From a virus (taxonomy: Duplodnaviria; Caudoviricetes), in IMG/VR virus record IMGVR_UViG_3300042904_000073, positions 83 through 64,082 of that record: a DNA stretch of 64,000 bases. One strand, 5' to 3'. The position numbers and the translations under genes are program-made. This document shows, piece after piece, positions 30,053 through 38,509 of this stretch. How positions within the stretch are numbered: the first letter of the stretch is position 1; each line of letters begins with the position of its first letter. The notes beneath the pieces are model-generated. The model was not told the DNA's origin, searched no databases, and was given only the letters and a program-made list of their open reading frames with translations.

Positions 30053-30907
30053 ATGTCTCGTGTTATCCCCGCTTCCTGGATGCCCGACGCTCGCATGGTC
30101 GGCATCGTCAATCACTGGACGGCCGGTCCCTACCAGGCTACGTCGCTCGATAAGCGCGACTACCACATCATCATCGAGGGTGACGGTCGCCTGGTGCGCG
30201 GCAACCATGCCATCCCCGACAACATGAGCGTCCACGATGGCGACTACGCTCCGCACTGTGGACGCCACAATACGGGCTACATCGGCGTCTCCGTGGCGTG
30301 CATGGCCGGTGCCATCGAAGTCCCGTTCTACGCGGGCAAGTCCCCCATGACGAAGAAGCAGTGGGACGTGATGATGGCTGTGAACGCCGACCTGTGCGAG
30401 CGGTACGGCATTCCGGTCACCCCCAAGACCCTCTGCGGCCACGGTGCCATCTATGGGCACTTCGGCGAGGCGAACCTGAAGGGCAAGTGGGACCCGCTGC
30501 GGCTCCCGTGGGACAAGGGCTTGAGCAAGACGGACGCCGACCGGCTGATCCGAGTAGAGACCAGCAGGCTCATGGACGGGTCGAAGAGTCCGGTCCTGCC
30601 CGCCGAAGACCTGAAGCCGATCCTCGTCAACATGAACGGGGTCACGATCAGCGACGACGCCTTCAACGAGAAGAACAAGGTCTGGGTGCCGCTCCGGGTG
30701 CTTGCCGAACCGATGGGTTGTCGGATCGTGGACACGGATGGCAGGACGGTCCTGGTCACGGACAAGACGGGCAAGCCCCATCACCTGGACTTCCAGATCA
30801 AGGGCGGGGTCGGCTTCGTGAAGGTCGGCGACCTCCGCGAGCAGGTAGGCGGCATCGCCACGGAGTGGAACGGAATCCACCGGATTCTCAAGGTAACCCT
30901 GGTTTAG
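30053..30907 (+). CDS. Endolysin: N-acetylmuramoyl-L-alanine amidase with copper-amine-oxidase-N-like C-terminal domain
   Basis: HWTAG, YHIII, H....NTG.IGVS; C-terminal VWVPLR.LAE..G. Confidence 0.85.
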   Translation: MSRVIPASWMPDARMVGIVNHWTAGPYQATSLDKRDYHIIIEGDGRLVRGNHAIPDNMSVHDGDYAPHCGRHNTGYIGVSVACMAGAIEVPFYAGKSPMTKKQWDVMMAVNADLCERYGIPVTPKTLCGHGAIYGHFGEANLKGKWDPLRLPWDKGLSKTDADRLIRVETSRLMDGSKSPVLPAEDLKPILVNMNGVTISDDAFNEKNKVWVPLRVLAEPMGCRIVDTDGRTVLVTDKTGKPHHLDFQIKGGVGFVKVGDLREQVGGIATEWNGIHRILKVTLV

Positions 30908-30920
30908 CAAACGAACGAGG

Positions 30921-30931
30921 TGTGGTATCCT
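30921..30931 (+). promoter_or_regulatory. Extended -10 promoter for the putative sRNA
   Basis: TGTG-G-TATCCT; -35 is poor; predicted start at about 30937. Confidence 0.5.
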
Positions 30932-30936
30932 GGTGT

Positions 30937-31010
30937 GGGATAACACAAAACCTCTTAACAGGCACGGCAAGCTCCAGCGCATCGGGGCTCGCCGTGCCTG
31001 TCTTTTTTTT
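30937..31010 (+). ncRNA. Putative trans-acting antisense sRNA (seed GGGAUAAC) ending in an intrinsic terminator
   Basis: Unstructured 5' GGGATAACACAAAACCTCTT, then a ~17-bp stem (30958-31001) and T8; seed complementary to nine start-proximal sites. Confidence 0.6.
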
Positions 31011-31182
31011 GCAATATCTAAAGACTAACGGAACTCTGAAATGATCCGAAATAAGTTACTACTGGCCTGGTATATGACCAGTAGCTAGTAGAGTTGGCGT
31101 CCGCTGCCCTGGTCTTCAACTCTTCTGGCAAGTAGCACTACTACCTACCTGCTTCCGCTGCCCCGGAAGCCTGGAGTAATGA

Positions 31183-31827
31183 ATGACCGCAGCTACCTGC
31201 GGCAGGAGTGTGCCCTCCTCGCCGCTTTCTCTTGCGCACACAAGCAACCAGGCCGTATCAGTAAAACCGGCCGAGCCCGACCTTGATACGGCTGTCAACT
31301 ATGCCATCCAGGAAGCTCGCCGGTACTGTCGCAAGAACCCCGGCGTAGACGAAGGCGCTGCGGAAAGCGGGGCCATTCAGGGAGCCTGGGACGCCGTAAA
31401 GGACTACGACCCCAAGCGGCCGGGCTTCGAGGGTAAGGTCGCATCCTGGGAGACCTACCTGTTCAACATGGTCCGGTGGGGCATCCTGAAAGCCCTGCGG
31501 CCGACCCAGGCCAAGAGCAGAGCGGCCTTTGACGAGGAGTTCACCATCGTCCCGCTCGACAGTCCCACCACTCGGGTAGACAACGGCCTGGTTCACGAAC
31601 TGGTCGCCGACCCCGCCTCCAATCAGGGCTTCGCCACCATCGACATGGCGAACCTGCTGTCCCTGATCCCCAAGATGGAACACACCATCCTCTTCCGGCG
31701 CTACGGCCTGGAGCAATCCTGCAACGAGGTAGCCCGCAGCCTCGGCGGCGACTGGACCCACATGAAGGTCTGGCGCATGGAGCAGAAGGGTCTACGGCGT
31801 CTCCGTATCCTGCTCGGTCTCGCGTAG
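31183..31827 (+). CDS. RNA polymerase sigma factor (sigma70 family, regions 2 and 4)
   Basis: G.WDAV..YDP.R....W.TY....VRW; C-terminal HTH RRYGL..S..EVA..LG...V..ME..GL.RLR. Confidence 0.85.
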   Translation: MTAATCGRSVPSSPLSLAHTSNQAVSVKPAEPDLDTAVNYAIQEARRYCRKNPGVDEGAAESGAIQGAWDAVKDYDPKRPGFEGKVASWETYLFNMVRWGILKALRPTQAKSRAAFDEEFTIVPLDSPTTRVDNGLVHELVADPASNQGFATIDMANLLSLIPKMEHTILFRRYGLEQSCNEVARSLGGDWTHMKVWRMEQKGLRRLRILLGLA

Positions 31828-31850
31828 CGCCCTGACTACCCTGAATCGGT

Positions 31851-31884
31851 GAAGCCCTGGTCCTAGCGGCCAGGGCTTCTTCTT
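31851..31884. terminator. Terminator between convergent arms
   Basis: GAAGCCCTGG...CCAGGGCTTC-TTCTT. Confidence 0.65.
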
Positions 31885-32005
31885 ATCGTGAGCAGCGTCC
31901 GCAGTAGAACGGCGTTCCGTGAACACACTTCGGCGCTTTCTCGGCCATACACTGGCCGCACGCTCCTTGGATTACTCCGTGGTGGCATTGAGCCGTGTTC
32001 ATAGG

Positions 32006-32377
32006 CTACCTCCCGAACAGTTGATAAAGGCGGGCAAGGTCGGTTTGCAGGGCTCCGGTTCGACTGCGCGTCCCGCCAGGACCGGCAGCCACGTCGATCA
32101 GGAGCCCCTTCTTGAAGTCAGCAGGCACTTCCACGGTCAACACGGGGCGACCTGCTTCGTCCGTCCACAGCACGAACGGCTCTGTGGGCGGGTTCCAGTC
32201 TTTGACCCAGGCTAACAGGCGCTCGGTATCCGAGTCCCACTTATACCTCGTTTGACCTTCCTTGTCCTTGTCAACGATGGCATAGTTAGACGTAGAAGAG
32301 ACCTGGGTGTTGCTTCCCAGGTCCCCCGTGGCTACCTGCTGCTTGAGCCTGGCTACCAGGGCTAGGGCTTTGCTCAT
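32006..32377 (-). CDS. Hypothetical protein, probably leaderless mRNA
   Basis: ATG lies 7 nt after the -10 box. Confidence 0.6.
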   Translation of the reverse strand: MSKALALVARLKQQVATGDLGSNTQVSSTSNYAIVDKDKEGQTRYKWDSDTERLLAWVKDWNPPTEPFVLWTDEAGRPVLTVEVPADFKKGLLIDVAAGPGGTRSRTGALQTDLARLYQLFGR

Positions 32378-32383
32378 ACAGGT

Positions 32384-32412
32384 ATCTTATCAGTGTTTAC
32401 TTCGGTTGTCAA
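32384..32412 (-). promoter_or_regulatory. Sigma70-type promoter
   Basis: TTGACA-17-TAAGAT with TG extension. Confidence 0.7.
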
Positions 32413-32846
32413 GACTGTCTTGCTGCCTTGGCCTCCGAGAGCATCTGCTGGAAGGTGTCGTCGTTCTCGAAGAACTCCAGTAGCTCCGTCAGTAGCGCCT
32501 GCTCCTCCGGGAGAAGCGGCTGCCCGTCGCTCTGGTCGAGGCCGTCCTGGTTGATGTTCCAGAGGGTCACGGCCGACCGGCGCAGGAGTTGACGCTGCTT
32601 GCGCTTCACCTCGTCTTCCGACTGTGACAGCCGGTGAACGTGGAGCTTCAGTTCGCGGTACTGACGCTGCTTGATCGTGAGTGCCCATTTGGCGCGAGTG
32701 CGCCAGTCGTCAACATCAGGGCTGCGCTCGAATTTGCGCTCGGAAAGCTGCGCCTGAATGTCCTGGATTTCGCCGAGGATCAGGTCACGCAGGTTCTCGG
32801 CTTCGGGCAGGGATAACTTGCTTACTTCGACTTCGTTTACAATCAC
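32409..32846 (-). CDS. Hypothetical coiled-coil protein
   Basis: GGAG SD with GTG start. Confidence 0.6.
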   Translation of the reverse strand: MIVNEVEVSKLSLPEAENLRDLILGEIQDIQAQLSERKFERSPDVDDWRTRAKWALTIKQRQYRELKLHVHRLSQSEDEVKRKQRQLLRRSAVTLWNINQDGLDQSDGQPLLPEEQALLTELLEFFENDDTFQQMLSEAKAARQS

Positions 32847-32941
32847 GGTTAACTCCGTTTTGGTTAAGTGGAAGCGGCGTAGCCCGTAGACTACGCCGCT
32901 CGATCAGCCACTTACTTGATACCGGAGTAACGGGCCGCTTG

Positions 32942-33883
32942 TTACACGAAGGTGGGCATTTCGATCCGGCCTTGGGTCAGGCGCTCGGGCATCTTCGTGA
33001 TGGTCTCGCCCGTGATTTCCTTACGGTGCTGAATCCAGCCGAGGAACGGGCCGCTGCGCACTCGCTGGTCATACGAGGGCTTGGCTACGTGTTCAAACGG
33101 GCTGGTGTGGCGCGGATCGTTCGGCGTCCACGTCTCTGACTTACCGTACGGAGGGTAGAGCAGCTTGGCGTAGGTATCAAGGTCCTTGGCCTGGATGCGC
33201 AGTCCATCGTGGTTCAGGGTAGACACCCGGCAGCAGCGAGCCGTGGAACACTTCTTGAGCAGTTCCCACCATTGCGGCGAGCCCTGCGCGAACCGCTCCG
33301 ACGCCTCGTAGTAGTCCTGCTCGACCACGTAGGGCAGGTGCCACTCGTGGTACTTCAGGCGCTTGGGGCGACTCTCCACGTAGGCCAGGTAGAGCATCCA
33401 GGCGATCTTCTGGAACTCGGGCTGCGCGTCAGGGTGAGCCCGCAGGCCGAAGAAGTTGGGCAGCGCATCGCCGGTCATGGTCAGCACTACGGTGATCCAC
33501 GACCACGGCTCCAGGATGCGGTTCACGACCTGCTTGTGGGCACCGAGCTTCCACAGGATGAACGCGACGAGCAGCGCCGGGAACCGGGCTCCATACCATA
33601 GTTGCGCGAACAGCCAGCGCAGGATCGGGTGAACCTCGTTCCGCGCCTGCATACCCCCCTGGTTCTGCCCCCAATGGACGAACCCGGCCGGATGCTTCAG
33701 GACGGCTTCCAGGACCTTCCTGGTCGGCGTAGCGCGGCTGCTCTGCGCGTTGCGGGCCGAGGCCCGGTGCGTCATGATTTCGGCGTGGATGAAGCGCGGG
33801 TAGGTCGCTTCCATCGTCACGATTTCGGTGTTGTCCGGTGACTTGCTGTGCGCCACGATACGAGCGCGGTATCCGGTGTGCAT
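32942..33883 (-). CDS. thyX: Flavin-dependent thymidylate synthase
   Basis: PRFIHAEIMTHR...RNAQSSRA, HKQVVNR.LEPW, LR.HPDAQPE, H.SPFEH; start MHTGY with GAGG SD. Confidence 0.9.
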   Translation of the reverse strand: MHTGYRARIVAHSKSPDNTEIVTMEATYPRFIHAEIMTHRASARNAQSSRATPTRKVLEAVLKHPAGFVHWGQNQGGMQARNEVHPILRWLFAQLWYGARFPALLVAFILWKLGAHKQVVNRILEPWSWITVVLTMTGDALPNFFGLRAHPDAQPEFQKIAWMLYLAYVESRPKRLKYHEWHLPYVVEQDYYEASERFAQGSPQWWELLKKCSTARCCRVSTLNHDGLRIQAKDLDTYAKLLYPPYGKSETWTPNDPRHTSPFEHVAKPSYDQRVRSGPFLGWIQHRKEITGETITKMPERLTQGRIEMPTFV

Positions 33884-33905
33884 GGGATAACTTCCTCTCT
33901 CTCGG

Positions 33906-34265
33906 TTAGTGCCCGAGCTTTCGTAGATACTCGACAGCGGCGTCCAATTCCTTGCGCATCTTCTCGGCTTCGCTGCGCCGGATGCCGCCGCCCACGGTGC
34001 TGTCTTCGTCCAGGAACCATTCCTCTTCGTCGTCCTCGGACTGGCGAAGCTCACGGAAGCTGATGTAGGGTTCACCCTTGGCGACCGGCACCTGCGCCGT
34101 GTAAGTGATGCCGCCTTGCGTGATGGTCTTCTTCTCGCGCCGAGCATTCCAGCAGACGCAGACGTAGCTGCCGAACGACTTTGCCAGGCAGCTACTTCCG
34201 GTAGCGTACTTGATCGTGTCGTCTTCAGGTATCACGGCATCGGGCGGATTGAACGGGTCACTCAT
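33906..34265 (-). CDS. Hypothetical protein
   Basis: 4-nt overlap with the upstream gene. Confidence 0.6.
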   Translation of the reverse strand: MSDPFNPPDAVIPEDDTIKYATGSSCLAKSFGSYVCVCWNARREKKTITQGGITYTAQVPVAKGEPYISFRELRQSEDDEEEWFLDEDSTVGGGIRRSEAEKMRKELDAAVEYLRKLGH

Positions 34266-35065
34266 TGCTTGTTCTTCTCCAGGAAGTCAGCGATCTGACG
34301 ATGAACGTAGTCGTGTTCAGCCGGAACCGCGTTGCGAATCTTGGTCAGGTTCTCCTCGATCCGGCGCAGGTTCACCAGCGCATTGTCGGACGTGAATACT
34401 TCCTGGCCGCGCTCGTCCATCAGTGACGCACCGCGCAGGTAGGTGCCAAGCCACGGCAGAACCTCGCGGGCGTCGGCTACGCAGTCAATGACGAGCTTCG
34501 ATAGCGTGGTAATCGGGCTTTCCAAACCCTCGCTGGCTTCTACGGCGAGCCAGAAATCGCTGGACCGTGCCCGTTCCCAGATCGTGCCGTCGAACTCCTT
34601 CTCCTGCTCCACCGTCTCGTGCGGGCAAGACCAGTAGACCCAGAAGGTGTCGCCGATCTTGTCAAAGCCGGGCCGTGCCATCTTCCCTTCTACGCGCAGG
34701 TAAATGTCGCCCGGCATCCCCGGAGTAGGAGGCCATTTCAGGAAGATGGCTTGCAGGCGCTCGGCGAGCTTCCGGCCTTCTTTCGTCTTACGGGCTGGCG
34801 TGTAGAACCAGTCGTTCTCACCGAGCTTCCAGAGTTCGCTCGGTATGCTTTGCCGCATCTGGTTCCGCGTCTTGGACTCTACCGGATGGATACCGATAGC
34901 TCGTTTGAACCCGTGGCCGGAACTGACGACCAGTTCGTGGCCGGGGTATTCCGCCTTCAGTGCGTCAGCCTGCTCGTTGAACAGGTCGTTCCGACGCTGA
35001 AGCTCCTCGTACATTTCCAGCACTGATTCATGCTGCGTGCGGTAATGGTAGTTCCTGTCTCTCAC
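34262..35065 (-). CDS. Hypothetical protein
   Basis: 267-aa ORF in the operon. Confidence 0.65.
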   Translation of the reverse strand: MRDRNYHYRTQHESVLEMYEELQRRNDLFNEQADALKAEYPGHELVVSSGHGFKRAIGIHPVESKTRNQMRQSIPSELWKLGENDWFYTPARKTKEGRKLAERLQAIFLKWPPTPGMPGDIYLRVEGKMARPGFDKIGDTFWVYWSCPHETVEQEKEFDGTIWERARSSDFWLAVEASEGLESPITTLSKLVIDCVADAREVLPWLGTYLRGASLMDERGQEVFTSDNALVNLRRIEENLTKIRNAVPAEHDYVHRQIADFLEKNKQ

Positions 35066-35493
35066 TACCAGCCTCCTTGCTTGATTGCGTCGATGCGTGC
35101 CTTCACGTCGTCGGGCGTAGCTCCGAACCCGGAGCCGCCAGAGGCACGCTTGCGAGCTTCGTCTATCACCTCTTGACAGGCCTTGAGACGGCCATAGTCT
35201 TCCTGGGTCTGCGGCGGCTGAAGCTCCTGGAGCTTTTCAAAAGCGGCCGTGACCCTCTGCTCGTATTCAGCCGGGAACTCGGCGATCTGATCCCCGTAGC
35301 CGTCGCGGAAGGCCTCGGACGCCGGGTCCATCACCTCGGGCACGAACTCCGGGGTCCCCTGGTCAGCCTGCGGCACTGCGTCCATGAACGGCACGCCTTG
35401 CAGATTCCGCACGATCATACTGCCGTGGTGTGCGGCCTGTTCCGGCGAGTCGGCGTTGATGTAGAAGGTGATCGGGACAGCGTATTTAGCCAT
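35065..35493 (-). CDS. Hypothetical protein
   Basis: First gene after promoter 35549-35577. Confidence 0.65.
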   Translation of the reverse strand: MAKYAVPITFYINADSPEQAAHHGSMIVRNLQGVPFMDAVPQADQGTPEFVPEVMDPASEAFRDGYGDQIAEFPAEYEQRVTAAFEKLQELQPPQTQEDYGRLKACQEVIDEARKRASGGSGFGATPDDVKARIDAIKQGGW

Positions 35494-35548
35494 TTAACGG
35501 TTTAACCATCCTTTCCGCTGGTAAGGGTGCCCGTCTCCAGGCACCCTT

Positions 35549-35577
35549 ACTTTAGCAGACTTTACAACGGCTGTCAA
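35549..35577 (-). promoter_or_regulatory. Sigma70-type promoter
   Basis: TTGACA-17-TAAAGT with TG extension. Confidence 0.7.
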
Positions 35578-35580
35578 GAA

Positions 35581-38496
35581 CTACGAACAGCCGGTGCTGG
35601 TGCCGCAGTCGGGGCAGATGTAGCACTTCCCTGCGGGCTGCGTGATCGAATGGCACTCGGGACACTGCGGGCCGGTCAGGCAGGCAAAGGCGCTAGGCCT
35701 CGCCATTTCCCGCTCCATCATGTCCGTCACGATGGACGCTGCTCGGTGAAGGGCTGCTTCCCGATCCATGCCTTCGGGCAGGTTGATCGTGATTACCGGA
35801 GCAGTCCTGCCGCTACTCTGCTCCGGGGTCCCGAAACGCAGGTTGAGCCACCGGAAGATGTAGTCGAGGATCGACTTGGCCTGCGGAATGTCCTGGTTGC
35901 CGGTCCAGCCGCTCGGCTCGAAGCGCATGTGGCTGTACTTGTCGATCATCTTGGAGAGCGGCACGCCGTATTGCAGGCCGAGGCTCACAGCCGTGGCGAA
36001 CCCGTCTGCGAATCCGGCCACGGTCGAACCTTCCTTGCTCATGGTGATGAACAGTTCGCCCGGCGTGCCGTCTTCGTAGAGCCCCACGGTCACGTAGCCT
36101 TCCACCCCGCCAATGTCGAACTTGTGGGTGATGGCGTGGCGCTCGCGGGGCAGCTTCCGGCGTACCGGCGCTCCGATCCCCGAGAGACGGGCTTCCAGTT
36201 CCTTGATGCGGTCCCGAAGCTCCTGGGTCTCCCCGTCGTCGGTGATCCCTACCAGGGTCTCGGCGTCCTGCTTCTTGACTTCGAGAGGCTGGCTCCGCTT
36301 GCAGCCGTCGCGGTAGATGGCTACGCACTTGACACCGAGCTTCCAGGCCTGATAGTAGGCCTGCTCAATGTCCTCCACCGTGGCCGTGTTCGGCATGTTC
36401 ACGGTCTTGGAGATTGACATTGACAGGAAAGGCTGGATGGCTCCGAGCATCTTCATGTGCCCCTGCCACGAGATAGTGCGGAAAGCATCACTCGGAGCGA
36501 AGGCACAGTCGAACACCGGCAGGTGTTGCGGCTTCAGGTAGACGCAGTTGTCCATCGCCCCCGTGTCGGCGACCCATCCCAGGATGGCTACTTGCTCGCC
36601 TTCCGAGTAACCGAGAGCCTTCAGCGCGTCGGCCACGGCCTGGTTCGCCATCTTCTCCACGCCACCGCCGACGAGGTTCTTGTAGGCGACGAGGCTAATA
36701 CACGGCTCGATGCCCGTGGTGTCGCAGTCCATGATGAACGAGATCGTGCCGGTGGGAGCCTCCAGAGTCACGTTCGCGTTGCGGAAGCCGAACTGACGGC
36801 CGAGATCGAGAGCAGCATCCCAGAGTACGTCGCCGTCCGCGTGAAGCTGACGAGCGATGGGATGATCCAGGCTGACCCCGGCGTTCATTGCCTGTGCCCC
36901 GGTATGGGCTCTAGCGTGGCGACCGAGCACGCCAAGCATCGCATACCAGTTGCGATCCCACTCCGCGAACGGCCCGCCGCATGCGCCTGCGATGGTAGCA
37001 CTGCCCGCGTAAGCCCGCGCCGTCAGCGTGGAGCAGAGCATGGCGGCGATACCGCGCCCCTGGTCGCTGTCGTAAGCAAGCCCGAGCTTCATCAACATCG
37101 CACCCAGGTCGCAGTGCCCGAGCCCCAGGTTACGGAAAACCTTCGTCCAGTAAGCGATGTCTCCCGTGGGGAAGTCGCCGCCGGCCACGATGATTTCCAT
37201 CGCCAGGATCGCGATGTCTACGGTGTGCAGGTAGCCTGTCGTGTCGAAGCCGTAGTTGCCCGGCTCGCCGGTCAGGTACTTCGTCAGCCGGATGCTTGCC
37301 AGGTTGCAGGACGTGTTGTCCCGCGAGATGTACTCGCTGCACGGATTCGACGCCCAGATCCAGAACGAGTTCGGGCAGGTGTTCCCGGAGTTGATATGGT
37401 CATCGAACTGGACACCGGGGTCGCCGCAGAACCAGGTCGCCTCGGCGATTTCGCGTAGCACCTGGCGGGCCGAATACTCGGCGCACTGGTGGCCCGTCTT
37501 GACATACTTCGTCCAGTAGGTGACGCCGCGCTCATAGGCTTCCATGAACTCCTCGGTGATCCGCACCGAGTGATTGGCATTCTGGAAGTCCACGAGCGAG
37601 TAGGCGTTGCCCGGCGCGTTGAACATCACCGGGTAGCCTGCGTCGATCAGCGTGTGCGCTACCTTCTCGGCGGCTGACTTGGCGCGGATGAAGCCCGGCG
37701 TGCCGTCGTTGTTCTCCAGAATATCCGGGTGGTCGCAGCGCATAACGACCATCTTGGCCGCTCGCCGGGTCGTGCCCCCGCTCTTGATCTGACCGGCGTT
37801 GCAGTCGGCGACCTTCATGAACGACAGCGGCCCGCTGGCTCGCCCGCCGAGGGACAGGCTCTCGCGGCTGGACCGGATGCGGCTCACGTCGGCACCGGAC
37901 CCGGAACCCCGCTTGAAGATGCGCGTCTCAACCGTGTACCAGTTGGACAGGTCGTCCAGGGTATCCTCGACCGGGACGATGAAGCAGGCGCTCCCCTGCT
38001 GCGCGATTCCGTCGATGCCGAAGTTGAACCAGACGGGCGAGTTGAACGCGAAGTGCTGGTTCAGCAGCATGAAGGACAGTTCGTCGTAGTGCGCATCCCG
38101 GTCGGCGCTGCTGGCGTAGTAGCCGTAGTCGTCGCCCCATCCGGTGATCCGCTGCACGATCCGGCGCACCAGCACCTCGAAGTCCTGGACGCCGTTGCCA
38201 TTGTCGCAGACCTTCAGATACTTCGCGGCCACGATCTTACGGGCACGCTCCGAGAAGAACGCCGGGAACCGGCACTTTACCACCTTGGCCTCGTCGCCGG
38301 GCAGGGTTACGTCCGTGGTCTCCCATTGGATTGCACTGTAAGGGTCGGTATGCGCGGACGTGTAATGCCGCTTGACCGTGACGCCGGGCCAGGTCTTGCC
38401 GCCTGGGAAATGATCCTTGCACATGCCCGGCTGGTACTTCAGCCACTCCGGGATAACAACGTCTTCTCTGCCGATGTTCGGCTTGGTTGATTGCAT
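35581..38496 (-). CDS. nrdJ: Class II (B12-dependent) ribonucleotide reductase with TSCPD and Zn-ribbon C-terminus
   Basis: FNSPVWFN, SACFI, GGTTRRAAKM, NPCSE, CNLAS, APTGTIS, SISKTVNMP, YRDG. Confidence 0.95.
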   Translation of the reverse strand: MQSTKPNIGREDVVIPEWLKYQPGMCKDHFPGGKTWPGVTVKRHYTSAHTDPYSAIQWETTDVTLPGDEAKVVKCRFPAFFSERARKIVAAKYLKVCDNGNGVQDFEVLVRRIVQRITGWGDDYGYYASSADRDAHYDELSFMLLNQHFAFNSPVWFNFGIDGIAQQGSACFIVPVEDTLDDLSNWYTVETRIFKRGSGSGADVSRIRSSRESLSLGGRASGPLSFMKVADCNAGQIKSGGTTRRAAKMVVMRCDHPDILENNDGTPGFIRAKSAAEKVAHTLIDAGYPVMFNAPGNAYSLVDFQNANHSVRITEEFMEAYERGVTYWTKYVKTGHQCAEYSARQVLREIAEATWFCGDPGVQFDDHINSGNTCPNSFWIWASNPCSEYISRDNTSCNLASIRLTKYLTGEPGNYGFDTTGYLHTVDIAILAMEIIVAGGDFPTGDIAYWTKVFRNLGLGHCDLGAMLMKLGLAYDSDQGRGIAAMLCSTLTARAYAGSATIAGACGGPFAEWDRNWYAMLGVLGRHARAHTGAQAMNAGVSLDHPIARQLHADGDVLWDAALDLGRQFGFRNANVTLEAPTGTISFIMDCDTTGIEPCISLVAYKNLVGGGVEKMANQAVADALKALGYSEGEQVAILGWVADTGAMDNCVYLKPQHLPVFDCAFAPSDAFRTISWQGHMKMLGAIQPFLSMSISKTVNMPNTATVEDIEQAYYQAWKLGVKCVAIYRDGCKRSQPLEVKKQDAETLVGITDDGETQELRDRIKELEARLSGIGAPVRRKLPRERHAITHKFDIGGVEGYVTVGLYEDGTPGELFITMSKEGSTVAGFADGFATAVSLGLQYGVPLSKMIDKYSHMRFEPSGWTGNQDIPQAKSILDYIFRWLNLRFGTPEQSSGRTAPVITINLPEGMDREAALHRAASIVTDMMEREMARPSAFACLTGPQCPECHSITQPAGKCYICPDCGTSTGCS

Positions 38497-38509
38497 GTCT
38501 ACCTCTTGT

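Noticed and set aside
30298-31044. 248-aa alternative-frame ORF running through the sRNA locus
   Set aside because: Overlaps the endolysin out of frame, has low-complexity composition and crosses a strong terminator
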